Assembly (NCBI GenBank): GCA_009392295.1 | Contig: VFGW01000020.1 | Location: 4,616 to 68,615, forward strand | DNA: 64,000 bases | From: SAR202 cluster bacterium | GTDB taxonomy: Bacteria; Chloroflexota; Dehalococcoidia; Lucifugimonadales; GCA-2719675 | Direction of reading: 5' to 3' | Part shown: positions 54,374 through 63,789 of the stretch, one piece after another | Position numbering within the stretch: the stretch's first letter is position 1 | Layout: each line of letters starts with the position of its first letter | Notes under the pieces: model-generated | Seen by the model: the letters and a program-made list of their open reading frames with translations, nothing else | The model's database searches: none | Told to the model about the DNA's origin: nothing | Translations under genes and position numbers: made by a program

Positions 54374-55456
54374 TTATTTTTTTATTAAGATTTCACAAAG
54401 TTTTGCAGCGGAAACTAGTTCAGATATGGTTACAAATTCAGATAGTGTGTGCATATTATGATCTGCCATACCTACAACTACAGAATTAATACCTTTTTCT
54501 CTGAAAATATTTGCGTCTGAACCACCACCAGAATATTTTGTTTTGGGCTTTAAACCTATCGCTTTTATAGCTGCAGCAATACGAGTTGCAAGGGGGTTAT
54601 TATTATCAATTTTGTATGCATGGAAATTTGTATAAATTTCGTTATTTATATTTGCTTCATTGTATTTTGTTGAAATTTGATTTACTGTTTCTTCAATTTG
54701 CATTTTCAACCCATCAAGAGTTTCTAAATTTGGACTTCTAAATTCTCCATTAATTACGGTATCTTTTGGAACAGAGTTTCTGACATTTCCTCCTTTAATA
54801 GTACCAATATTAAATGTTGTTTCATGGTCTAGTCGGCCTTGTGGTAATTTAGAAATTATCTCAGCAGCAATATGAATAGAAGAAATTCCATTTTCAGGGT
54901 CTACTCCAGCATGTGCAGCCCTACCTTCAATAGTAATATCGAAACTAAAATATGTTGGACTGATAGTAATAATTTCATTAGGTGCACCTTCACCATCGAA
55001 CACTATTGCTTCTTTGGATTTTATTAATGAAAAATCTAGATTTGCAGCACCTTGAAGACCAAGCTCTTCTTCACGAGTAAATACAATTTCCACAGGAATT
55101 CTAGGAGTTGAATCTTCATGAATTGATTCTAAAGCTTCTAGAATAGCTGTAATTCCGGCTTTACAATCACCTCCAAGTATAGTTTCAGATGTAGAAATAA
55201 TTTTGTCAGATTCAACTTCAACTTTTGGAACTATTCCAGTTCCGGGCTCTACAGTATCCATATGTGCAGATAGCATGAAAGGGGATTCGCTTCCTTCAGA
55301 AGCGATTAAATTACCATACGAATCTAATTTTACTTCAAAGCCTAATTTTGCAAGTCTTTTTGTTAAATCTTTAGCAATATCCTGTTCGTGTCCAGATGGG
55401 CTATCGATTTTTACTAAATCACAAAATGTTTTTATTAATCTATCTTGATTTATCAT
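54374..55456 (-). CDS. M20-family metallopeptidase (peptidase T-like tripeptidase/deacylase)
   Basis: IDSPSGHE, SAHMDTV, GGDCKAG, TREEELGLQGA and ADHNMHT (M20 metal ligands and catalytic Glu-Glu). Confidence 0.8.
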   Translation of the reverse strand: MINQDRLIKTFCDLVKIDSPSGHEQDIAKDLTKRLAKLGFEVKLDSYGNLIASEGSESPFMLSAHMDTVEPGTGIVPKVEVESDKIISTSETILGGDCKAGITAILEALESIHEDSTPRIPVEIVFTREEELGLQGAANLDFSLIKSKEAIVFDGEGAPNEIITISPTYFSFDITIEGRAAHAGVDPENGISSIHIAAEIISKLPQGRLDHETTFNIGTIKGGNVRNSVPKDTVINGEFRSPNLETLDGLKMQIEETVNQISTKYNEANINNEIYTNFHAYKIDNNNPLATRIAAAIKAIGLKPKTKYSGGGSDANIFREKGINSVVVGMADHNMHTLSEFVTISELVSAAKLCEILIKK

Positions 55457-55591
55457 TAGTATGAGTCCTTCTTAATACATAATCTTCTATTCTTAAATGC
55501 ATATTATCATATAAATTTTTTTATGGATTTAATAATATTATCATTTCAATATCTAGATATTGTATATAATATTAATATTTGGAGAAATTTG

Positions 55592-56503
55592 ATGAAAGTA
55601 TTAATTATGGGTTCTGGTGGTGTAGGTGGATATTATGGGTCAGTGTTATTTAAAAATGGACATGATGTAAAATTTATTGCCAGAGGTGAACATTTAAAAA
55701 ATATTAATTCTAACGGATTGATTGTAGAAAGCGTTACTTCTGGAAATTATACTATTTCAGTCGATGCTTTTAGCAAAGTTCCTACAGATTTTCATCCTGA
55801 AGTAATATTTTTTACTGTAAAAGCATATGACAATCATCAAGCTATACGAACAATTTCTCAATATTTAAGTGAAGAAACAACATTAGTTACATTACAAAAT
55901 GGTGTTGGTAGTGCTGATTTATTGAGACAAAAATTTCCACTTAACAATATTATTACTGGTGTAACTTATGTAGATTCATTTGTTAGTCATCCTGGGCATA
56001 TAATTGAACAAGGTGGTCCATGTAATATTATTTTAGGTAATCAATTTGATCCTGAAGATAAAACAGTTTCTCTGCTTCATAAAATTTTGACTCAATCTAA
56101 AATAAATATTTCTGTTTCACCAAATATTCAAATCGAAGTTTGGAATAAATTAATATATATTTGTGCATTAAGTGGAATGATGTGCATTACTAGATCTTCA
56201 ATGGATTCAATATTAAATCATCATGAAACATTTGAAATGACACGTGAAATAATTCAAGAGGTATATAATGTTTCTAATGCGATGAACCTTGATCTCGAAA
56301 AAAATATTGTAAATTCTACAATGAACCAATTGAAAAAGAATTCGAGAAATATTCAATCTTCTATGCAGACCGATTTGTTTAAAGGTAAAAAAATTGAAGT
56401 TGATTATTTGAATGGCGCGGTGTTTAAGTTTGGTAAAAAATATGGGATAAAAACACCTATAAATGAATATATTTTTCGATCGTTATCACTACACAATGCT
56501 TAA
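55592..56503 (+). CDS. panE: 2-dehydropantoate 2-reductase (ketopantoate reductase family)
   Basis: MKVLIMGSGGVGGYYG, TVKAYD, LQNGVG, K...N....ALS and SSMQTDL..GK..EVDYLNG. Start at ATG 55592 after a GGAGA SD. Confidence 0.8.
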   Translation: MKVLIMGSGGVGGYYGSVLFKNGHDVKFIARGEHLKNINSNGLIVESVTSGNYTISVDAFSKVPTDFHPEVIFFTVKAYDNHQAIRTISQYLSEETTLVTLQNGVGSADLLRQKFPLNNIITGVTYVDSFVSHPGHIIEQGGPCNIILGNQFDPEDKTVSLLHKILTQSKINISVSPNIQIEVWNKLIYICALSGMMCITRSSMDSILNHHETFEMTREIIQEVYNVSNAMNLDLEKNIVNSTMNQLKKNSRNIQSSMQTDLFKGKKIEVDYLNGAVFKFGKKYGIKTPINEYIFRSLSLHNA

Positions 56504-56599
56504 TTACTTTTTTTTTATCATTTGTACTTTTCAATCTTATTGATCGTTTTTGATTCTTCAAGTAATCTTTAATAGAAAAAATATTAAAAGGGGTTTGTT

Positions 56600-57076
56600 A
56601 TGAAATTTAAGAATCATTTATTTAATTTATTAGGAATTAGGACGGCGTTTGCTCATTGTGATATTCCATGTGGCATTTATGATCCAATTTCTGCAAAAAT
56701 TGCAGCTCAAACAGTTTTGAAAGCCACAATGAGGCTAGAAGCTGTTGATTTTTCTAGTGGGGTTACATCTGTTTCACAGCCCAACGTTATTGCTAGATTA
56801 ATTCATGTTAAAGAAGAGCATGCTCAACAGGTTAAAAATGAATTAAACATTATTTGGTCTGATTATTTCAAACCTGAGCACTTAGACAAATATCCTGACT
56901 TACACAATTTGTTTTGGAATGCCAATAAATTAGCTGGTACTACCAAACAAAATGTAGATTCAGCTTCTGCCAGAAAGTTAGTTGAAATCGTTGATGAAAT
57001 TTCAAAAATATTTTGGTCCACTAAAGGAATTGAATATTCTGACAATGTTGCTGATGTTAGATTTGGGGCAATATAA
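56600..57076 (+). CDS. sodN: Nickel-containing superoxide dismutase precursor
   Basis: The pro-peptide ends ...RTAFA, followed by the Ni-hook HCDIPCGIYDP (His1/Cys2/Cys6 of the mature enzyme). Confidence 0.9.
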   Translation: MKFKNHLFNLLGIRTAFAHCDIPCGIYDPISAKIAAQTVLKATMRLEAVDFSSGVTSVSQPNVIARLIHVKEEHAQQVKNELNIIWSDYFKPEHLDKYPDLHNLFWNANKLAGTTKQNVDSASARKLVEIVDEISKIFWSTKGIEYSDNVADVRFGAI

Positions 57077-57096
57077 AATCCTTAATTCTAACTTAA

Positions 57097-57483
57097 ATGA
57101 ATAATTTATTGTTATTTATTAAACAATTTAGATTGTTTAATATCTCGGGGCAAAGCATGTTACCTATTTTGTCAGATGGTGATGTTGTTATAACAACATC
57201 TAGGATAGATTTCTTTCAAAGAGGTTCTATAATTGTATTTACTCATAATAGTAATAAAGAAATTTTGTTTGTTAAACGTATAATTGGATTGCCGACGGAA
57301 ATATTAAATTGTAACGAATCCTTTGAGAATATAATAATTGACTCGGATGAAATTTTTGTATTAGGGGACAATCAACTTGATAGTTTTGATAGTAGGAAAT
57401 ATGGCCCAATTAAAATGGATCAAGTTTTAGGGAAGATTATTTTTCGTGTTTGGCCACTGAATAAATTTGGATTAATAAAATAA
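57097..57483 (+). CDS. sodX: Ni-SOD maturation endopeptidase (S26 signal-peptidase-like)
   Basis: Ser-Lys dyad motifs ISGQSMLPIL and FVKRIIGLP, plus GDNQLDSFDSRKYGPI. It lies directly downstream of sodN. Confidence 0.75.
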   Translation: MNNLLLFIKQFRLFNISGQSMLPILSDGDVVITTSRIDFFQRGSIIVFTHNSNKEILFVKRIIGLPTEILNCNESFENIIIDSDEIFVLGDNQLDSFDSRKYGPIKMDQVLGKIIFRVWPLNKFGLIK

Positions 57484-57599
57484 ATTTATATATTGATTCT
57501 TAAACTTTAATAAGAATTCTCAAGTTTTACTCATCACATTTTTTGTGAGATTGATTAATGTAATGGTAAAATTAAATAAATATTATAAACAGAGGTATT

Positions 57600-59069
57600 A
57601 TGAATAATTTTGATGTTGTTATAGGGCTTGAAGTACATGCTCAACTTTTGACTAAAAGCAAGATGTTTTGTTCCTGTAGTTCATATTACCAAGAAGCTAA
57701 ACCTAATACATTAACTTGTCCAGTTTGTTTAGGATTACCTGGATCTTTACCCAAAATAAATGAACAAGCAATTAATTTAGGTGTCAAAGCTGGTATAGCA
57801 ACAAATTGTACTATTGCTGAAAAAACTAAATTTGATAGAAAAAATTATTATTACCCTGATCTTATGAAAGGCTATCAGATATCTCAATATGATTTACCTA
57901 TTGCTACCGATGGATATTTATCGATAGTTACAGAAACTGTAACAAAGTCTATTCGGATTCAACGTATTCATTTGGAAGAAGATGTAGCTAAACTAATTCA
58001 CCATGATGATAAATATTCTCAATCTAGTTATATAGACGTCAATAGGTCAGGGATACCCTTAATGGAAATAGTTTCTCATCCTGATCTAAATAATTCTGAT
58101 GAAGTGATAGCATATTTAACTGAATTAAAGTCTATTTTACAATTTTGTGAAGTTAGTGATGCAAATATGGAGGAAGGCAATTTTCGTTGTGATGCTAATA
58201 TAAGTTTAAAGCCTGTTGGTTCTAGTATATTAGGTACAAAAGTTGAAATTAAAAATATGAATAGTTTTAGGTCAATATATTCGGCTATTAATTATGAGAT
58301 ATTGAGACAAACTCAAGTTCTTGAAAATGGTAAAAAAGTTATTCAAGAAACACGAGGCTGGGATGAAGAAAAGGAATTAACCATAAATCAGAGATTAAAA
58401 GAAGGTGAATCTGATTATATGTATTTCCCTGAACCTGATTTGCCTCCAATTTATGTTGGTTTTGATATAGTTCAAAATTTGACTGAAACGATACCGGTAT
58501 TACCCGCTGTCAGAAAACAATCTTATATAAACGAATACAATTTGTCTGAAAATGATGCATCACAATTGGTATCTGATAAAAATTATTCAGATTATTTTGA
58601 GCAAGTAATAAGTAATATTTCGATCGATAAAGGAAAAAATCTTCCGAAAATAATTTGTAACATCATGAATGGTGAATTAACAAGACTAATAAAAATTAAC
58701 GATCAAAATATTTCAAACATCCAAATAAAACCTCAAGATTTTTTAGAGCTATGTGTTTTGCTTGAAAACAATCAATTAAGTTCAAATATAGGTAAAAAAG
58801 TTTTAAAAGAAATGTTTTTAAGTGGTAAATCAGCTTCAAAAATTGCTGACGAACAAAATCTTTCCCAAATAACTGATGAGGATTATATCTCTGACAAAAT
58901 TAATGATGTTATAAATGAAAATCCAAATGCTGTCCAAGATTTCATAGATGGTAAATCATCTTCTAAGAAATTTCTAATTGGTCAAATAATGAAAGCTACT
59001 TCTGGAAAAGCTGACCCTCGGTTAATTAATAAATTACTGGAACAATTATTAGACAAATTATCAAATTAA
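57600..59069 (+). CDS. gatB: Asp-tRNA(Asn)/Glu-tRNA(Gln) amidotransferase subunit B
   Basis: FDVVIGLEVHAQLLTKSKMFCSC, DRKNYYYPDL, RIHLEEDVAK, NRSGIPLMEIV, FRCDANIS and the C-terminal YqeY-like tail. Confidence 0.95.
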   Translation: MNNFDVVIGLEVHAQLLTKSKMFCSCSSYYQEAKPNTLTCPVCLGLPGSLPKINEQAINLGVKAGIATNCTIAEKTKFDRKNYYYPDLMKGYQISQYDLPIATDGYLSIVTETVTKSIRIQRIHLEEDVAKLIHHDDKYSQSSYIDVNRSGIPLMEIVSHPDLNNSDEVIAYLTELKSILQFCEVSDANMEEGNFRCDANISLKPVGSSILGTKVEIKNMNSFRSIYSAINYEILRQTQVLENGKKVIQETRGWDEEKELTINQRLKEGESDYMYFPEPDLPPIYVGFDIVQNLTETIPVLPAVRKQSYINEYNLSENDASQLVSDKNYSDYFEQVISNISIDKGKNLPKIICNIMNGELTRLIKINDQNISNIQIKPQDFLELCVLLENNQLSSNIGKKVLKEMFLSGKSASKIADEQNLSQITDEDYISDKINDVINENPNAVQDFIDGKSSSKKFLIGQIMKATSGKADPRLINKLLEQLLDKLSN

Positions 59070-59155
59070 TTCTTTGAAAAAGTTTTTGTTGACTAGATTA
59101 AATTTTATAGCTGTTGTATTATAAATTTGCATAGTTTAATTTTAAAGGTATTGAT

Positions 59156-59377
59156 GTGGATTCTTCTCAATTATTAAAGATAGTACAAATTGTAGTTGCT
59201 GTACTTTTGGTTATACTTGTATTATTACAGGTTAGAGGTCAGGGTGGGGGATTATTTGGTGCAGCTGATGGTTCTTTTAGGACTAGACGTGGTATTGAGC
59301 GCTTAATGTTCCAAGGTACAATATTTTTAGTTGTTGCATTTTTAATAGTTTCTATTCTAAATGCTAGATATTCATAA
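59156..59377 (+). CDS. secG: Preprotein translocase subunit SecG
   Basis: 73 aa with two TM helices and the motif VLLQVRGQGGGLFGAADG. GTG start. Confidence 0.8.
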   Translation: MDSSQLLKIVQIVVAVLLVILVLLQVRGQGGGLFGAADGSFRTRRGIERLMFQGTIFLVVAFLIVSILNARYS

Positions 59378-59380
59378 AAT

Positions 59381-60823
59381 TTATTTTTTATTAGATTCGT
59401 CTTCTAGGGTTATTCCATTATTGTTGAGAGCATCTCGTATATAATCTGATTCTTTAAATCGTTTCTCAGAGCGTAATTTTGATCTAATTTCAATCAGATT
59501 CTTCAATGTATGATCAGTTTTGTCATAGTCGATACTAGTGTACATAGTAAGATCTACTTTATATATCGTTTTTAAAGTTTCAAAAATTTGATATAAATTC
59601 TTTGAGTTAATTTCATTATTGTTGGAATTATTTCCATCAAGTTTGAATCCAAGAATTTTGCACATTTTCAGTATTGAATTTCTAGCATCAGAAATATTTT
59701 TACCTTCTGAAATTCCTTTATTAATTTCGTGAATTAGTTCGAAAATTGAAGCGATAGCTTTAGGTGTATTTAGGTCTTCATTCAAAGAGTCATAAAATTG
59801 CTTCTCAAAATTTATAAATTCAATTTTGTCGGTAGATGTATGTGTATATTGTTTTTTTAGAGTTTGCAATATTCTTGTGATAGCTTTTTCATTACCTTTA
59901 ATTACTTCATCTGAGAATGTTAAAGGGCTTCTATAATGAGAGCTTAAGAAAAATAATCTTAATGCATCTGGATTGTATTTTTTTAAAACATCTGACAATG
60001 TAATGAAATTTCCCGTTGACTTACTCATTGTGTCTTCACCTAATCTCAATAATCCATTATGTACCCAAATTTTAGCCATGGGATAATTCCCAGAAAATGC
60101 TTCTGATTGAGCAATTTCGTTTTCATGGTGAGGAAAAATTAAATCTTGCCCACCTCCATGAATATCTATGGAATCGCCTAAATGTTTTGTAGCCATTGCG
60201 CTACATTCTATGTGCCATCCAGGTCTCCCAAGGCCCCATGGACTTTTCCATGAAGGTTCATTTGGCTTCATTTTTTTCCATAATGCAAAGTCCATTGGAT
60301 TAATTTTATTAGGATCAGGATCAACTCTACTACCGATAATTAGTTCTTCTAATTTTCTGCCACTTAATTCCCCATATCTAGAAAATTCTTCAACTTTATA
60401 ATACACATTTCCATCAACATTATATGCATATGATTTGTCAATCAGTGTATTGATCATTTGAATAATTGTAGTGATTTCTTCAGTAGCTTTTGGATATTTA
60501 TTTGCTTGTAAAACATTAAGTTTCTTTAATGAAATAAAATATTCTGACATATTTGTTTCGGTTAATTTTTCTAAAGCAATTTTTTCAGTATTGGCTTTAT
60601 CGATCATTTTGTCATCTATATCAGTGATATTTTCAATATGTTTAACAATTATTCCAAGATCTTCTAAATATCTTCTAAGTACATCAAATACTACTGATCT
60701 AAATGCGTGTCCCACATGTGCAGGTGCATATGGAGTTAATCCACATACATACATGGTTAATTCATTATTATCAGGTTTAATTTCAACAAGTTTTCTTGTT
60801 TTACTGTCAAATAACTTAATCAT
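59381..60823 (-). CDS. cysS: Cysteine--tRNA ligase
   Basis: YVCGLTPYAPAHVGHA (HIGH-type), WHIECSAM, FPHHENEIAQSE and MSKSTGNF (KMSKS). Confidence 0.95.
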   Translation of the reverse strand: MIKLFDSKTRKLVEIKPDNNELTMYVCGLTPYAPAHVGHAFRSVVFDVLRRYLEDLGIIVKHIENITDIDDKMIDKANTEKIALEKLTETNMSEYFISLKKLNVLQANKYPKATEEITTIIQMINTLIDKSYAYNVDGNVYYKVEEFSRYGELSGRKLEELIIGSRVDPDPNKINPMDFALWKKMKPNEPSWKSPWGLGRPGWHIECSAMATKHLGDSIDIHGGGQDLIFPHHENEIAQSEAFSGNYPMAKIWVHNGLLRLGEDTMSKSTGNFITLSDVLKKYNPDALRLFFLSSHYRSPLTFSDEVIKGNEKAITRILQTLKKQYTHTSTDKIEFINFEKQFYDSLNEDLNTPKAIASIFELIHEINKGISEGKNISDARNSILKMCKILGFKLDGNNSNNNEINSKNLYQIFETLKTIYKVDLTMYTSIDYDKTDHTLKNLIEIRSKLRSEKRFKESDYIRDALNNNGITLEDESNKK

Positions 60824-61316
60824 TTAAATTCTTTTCAGCTGTAGCAATAGCTATTGCAGCAATACCTTCCTGTTTACCTATGAAACCTAGTCCATTTGTG
60901 CTTGTTGCTTTTATACTTATTTCATCATAATTTATTTTTATTACCGAAGATATAGTAGTTTTGATTTTTTTTATATGATCAGACATCTTGGGTGATTCTG
61001 CTATAATTGTAGCGTCAAGGAATGTTAAATACCATCCTTTATGATTAACCATTTTTACAGTTTCAGATAGTAAATCGATACTATATTTCTTATGGTAATT
61101 GGGGTTAGAATCGGGGAAAAATGTTCCTATGTCGCCGAGTGCAGCAACTCCAAGTATTGAATCAATTATAGCATGCGTAAGAACGTCTCCATCACTATGG
61201 CCATCAAGTCCTTTAGCGAATGGTATTTGTACTCCACCAATTATTAATTTTTTGGAAGTCTTTAATGGGTGGAAATCAATTCCTATAGCAGAACGACTGC
61301 TAAAATTACGATTCAT
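60816..61316 (-). CDS. ispF: 2-C-methyl-D-erythritol 2,4-cyclodiphosphate synthase
   Basis: [38 protein letters not shown] and the C-terminal [12 protein letters not shown]. Confidence 0.9.
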   Translation of the reverse strand: [166 protein letters not shown]

Positions 61317-62010
61317 TTAATTTTCCTGATTTAATTATCGCTTCAGCAAGATGTAAGTCATTTTTAGTTGTGATTTTGATATTTGTAGTGGAGCCTGCAA
61401 AAATTTTTGTACTATAGCCTTGTGATTCAACCAAACTAGTATCGTCAGTGAAATATTTATTTAATTTGGAAGCATTATCATGAGATTTTGTCAAAATGTT
61501 TTTTTTGAAAAATTGAGGAGTTTGTATATTCCATATTTTGGATCTATCTATAGATTCAATTGACAGATTATTTTTCACAATTTTTAAGGAATCAGTTGAG
61601 CGAATTGCTACAGAAGAAGATCCAGTAAGATCTACTTCTTTAATACCCTGAATTAACATTTTTTCTGAAAGAAAAGGCCTAGCTGCGTCATGTACAATTA
61701 TGATATCTGAATCTAATAAAGAATTCAGCCCAATTTTTACAGAATCTTGCCGAAGTTCTCCTCCGATTAATAAATTAATTGTTTTTATAAAGTTCCAATT
61801 GTTTAAATATTCATTAATTGAGTCAAAATTTGATTTAGATACAACTATAGTAATTTCATCAACATATTTAGAATGTGCCAAAATTTTTAAAGGGTACCAA
61901 AATGTTGGCATTTTATTCAGTTGGCTAATAATTTTATCTGGTCCGCCCATTCTATTACTTTTACCAGCAGCAAGTAATATGGCTCCGACCTTTTGTGTAG
62001 TATTATTCAT
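61306..62010 (-). CDS. ispD: 2-C-methyl-D-erythritol 4-phosphate cytidylyltransferase
   Basis: GAILLAAGKSNRMG, VHDAARPF and QTPQFF. It overlaps ispF by 11 nt. Confidence 0.9.
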   Translation of the reverse strand: MNNTTQKVGAILLAAGKSNRMGGPDKIISQLNKMPTFWYPLKILAHSKYVDEITIVVSKSNFDSINEYLNNWNFIKTINLLIGGELRQDSVKIGLNSLLDSDIIIVHDAARPFLSEKMLIQGIKEVDLTGSSSVAIRSTDSLKIVKNNLSIESIDRSKIWNIQTPQFFKKNILTKSHDNASKLNKYFTDDTSLVESQGYSTKIFAGSTTNIKITTKNDLHLAEAIIKSGKLNES

Positions 62011-62102
62011 TTGATCTAGTTATTGCTTAGAAATATTTGTACAATGATTGATAGTAGTATATTACATTTTATTTAAACTAAGAATATTTATTTATAAACT
62101 TA

Positions 62103-63293
62103 ATGAAGAATCATCATTTTAGTAATGAAAAAAAATTTAGTCTGTTAATGAAAGTATTCGTTATAATTAGTGTGTTGTTTTTGTTTTCAATTTTTTACAA
62201 TAATATAATAAATTTCTTTAAAACTACGGCACTTGTTACCCAATTATTGCCATCGGTTCCTATCAAACCCTTGCAATATTTTTCTGAACCTCCAATTTGG
62301 CAGAAAATCGAATATACTTCTGGAGATTCTGTTGTGAAAGCCGATTTAATACTCCCATCAAAAATCAAATCTTCAGGTAATCCCGCTGTATTATTTTCAT
62401 TAGGTATTGCGGTAAATGAACCTACTGATGATCAACGACTTGTAAATTTGTCTGAGGCTTTAGCTCGTTTGGGAATAATAGTTTTAATTCCTTGGACTGA
62501 TACCCAAAAGACACAATTTCTTAGTAGTGAAAATGAAGTAAATGCATTGGTAAATGGTTTTAAATATTTGAATTCTTTGCCACAGACAAAAAATAATAAT
62601 GTGGGCATAATTGGATATTGTACAGGGGCATCAATGGGTTTAATTGCTGCAACAAATCAAGAAATTCGAAATGAAGTGAGTTATGTTGTTTCTTTTGCGG
62701 GATATCATGATCTGAAAAATTTTTCAAAAAGTATTTTGTCAGACACTGCCTTTCTAGATTCAAATCGTAGAGAATGGGTACCCGATCCTTTTGCAGTTAA
62801 TCTTGTTAAAAGACAAATTATTAATACTACTTTATCAAAAGAAGAAGCAGAAATTATTTCAAGCATAAACTTTTCTTCCACAAAAATATCTGATATAAAA
62901 TCCAATAATTTTTCATTACGTGGAAATTTGGTTGTCAATCTTTTAAATTTAAAAGATCATACTGAGATTTCAAATGCTATCGATAATTTACCAGAAGATA
63001 CCTTAGAATGGTTAAATAATAATTCTCCTAGTAGTTATAATTCTAATCTAGCAGCTCCTGTATTTATTATGCATGATAAAGCAGATAATATTGTTCCTTA
63101 TGAAGAGTCCTATCGTATGTATCGCCAAATTTCTCAATATGTTCCGACGGAAATTACTATATTTGATCTATTTCAAAATGAAATTCAATTACATGAAAAT
63201 GATTCTATCAAAAATAATAAAATTGATTTAATATCTAATGCAATAAAATTGTTTTCACAACTAAATTCAGTCGTTAAAATTATTTTTGAATGA
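62103..63293 (+). CDS. Membrane-anchored alpha/beta hydrolase, dienelactone-hydrolase-like (Cys nucleophile)
   Basis: N-terminal TM helix. The nucleophile elbow VGIIGYCTGASMG resembles GYCLGG of dienelactone hydrolases. An acid/His region follows (FIMHDKADNIVP ... LHEN). Confidence 0.55.
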   Translation: MKNHHFSNEKKFSLLMKVFVIISVLFLFSIFYNNIINFFKTTALVTQLLPSVPIKPLQYFSEPPIWQKIEYTSGDSVVKADLILPSKIKSSGNPAVLFSLGIAVNEPTDDQRLVNLSEALARLGIIVLIPWTDTQKTQFLSSENEVNALVNGFKYLNSLPQTKNNNVGIIGYCTGASMGLIAATNQEIRNEVSYVVSFAGYHDLKNFSKSILSDTAFLDSNRREWVPDPFAVNLVKRQIINTTLSKEEAEIISSINFSSTKISDIKSNNFSLRGNLVVNLLNLKDHTEISNAIDNLPEDTLEWLNNNSPSSYNSNLAAPVFIMHDKADNIVPYEESYRMYRQISQYVPTEITIFDLFQNEIQLHENDSIKNNKIDLISNAIKLFSQLNSVVKIIFE

Positions 63294-63306
63294 ATTAGGA
63301 TTTTAT

Positions 63307-63768
63307 ATGAATAATTTGAAGAATTTTTGGTTATTGTCACAAAACCAACATGAATTTAAGAAATATAAATCTATGAAATTTTTGGTTTGTGGTTGGCCGC
63401 AAAGATTTCGCAAGCGTGTTCAACGTATGGAAATTGGAGATAATATAATTTTATATAATTCAATTCAAAGAAAATTTTTTGCTACAATTATTATACAGTC
63501 TAATTACTATATCAAAAATGAACCATATTTAGATACTGAAAGCATAATTCCTAATAATTATTTTTATTACATCAAAACCAAACCGGAAATTATTTTATCA
63601 GATTTAGACGCAATTCCTGCTGAAAGCATTGCTCCTCGTTTGGAATATTTGAAAAAATGGTCTCCTGAAAGATGGCCGTTAGCCTTTTTTGATTCATTAC
63701 ATTTACTTCCTCAACAAGACTATAGATTGTTGGAAAATATTATTATAAATACAAATTTGAGTAATTAA
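63307..63768 (+). CDS. PUA-like / EVE-like domain protein (second one in the window)
   Basis: FWLLSQN...WPQRFRKRVQRMEIGDNIILYNS...FFATIIIQSNYY follows the EVE pattern (W.v......W....r....r.m..GD.v..Y.s.....i.a...v.s.y). I prefer ATG 63307 to track TTG 63286. Confidence 0.45.
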   Translation: MNNLKNFWLLSQNQHEFKKYKSMKFLVCGWPQRFRKRVQRMEIGDNIILYNSIQRKFFATIIIQSNYYIKNEPYLDTESIIPNNYFYYIKTKPEIILSDLDAIPAESIAPRLEYLKKWSPERWPLAFFDSLHLLPQQDYRLLENIIINTNLSN

Positions 63769-63789
63769 TTTCAAATTTTTACTGAATAT

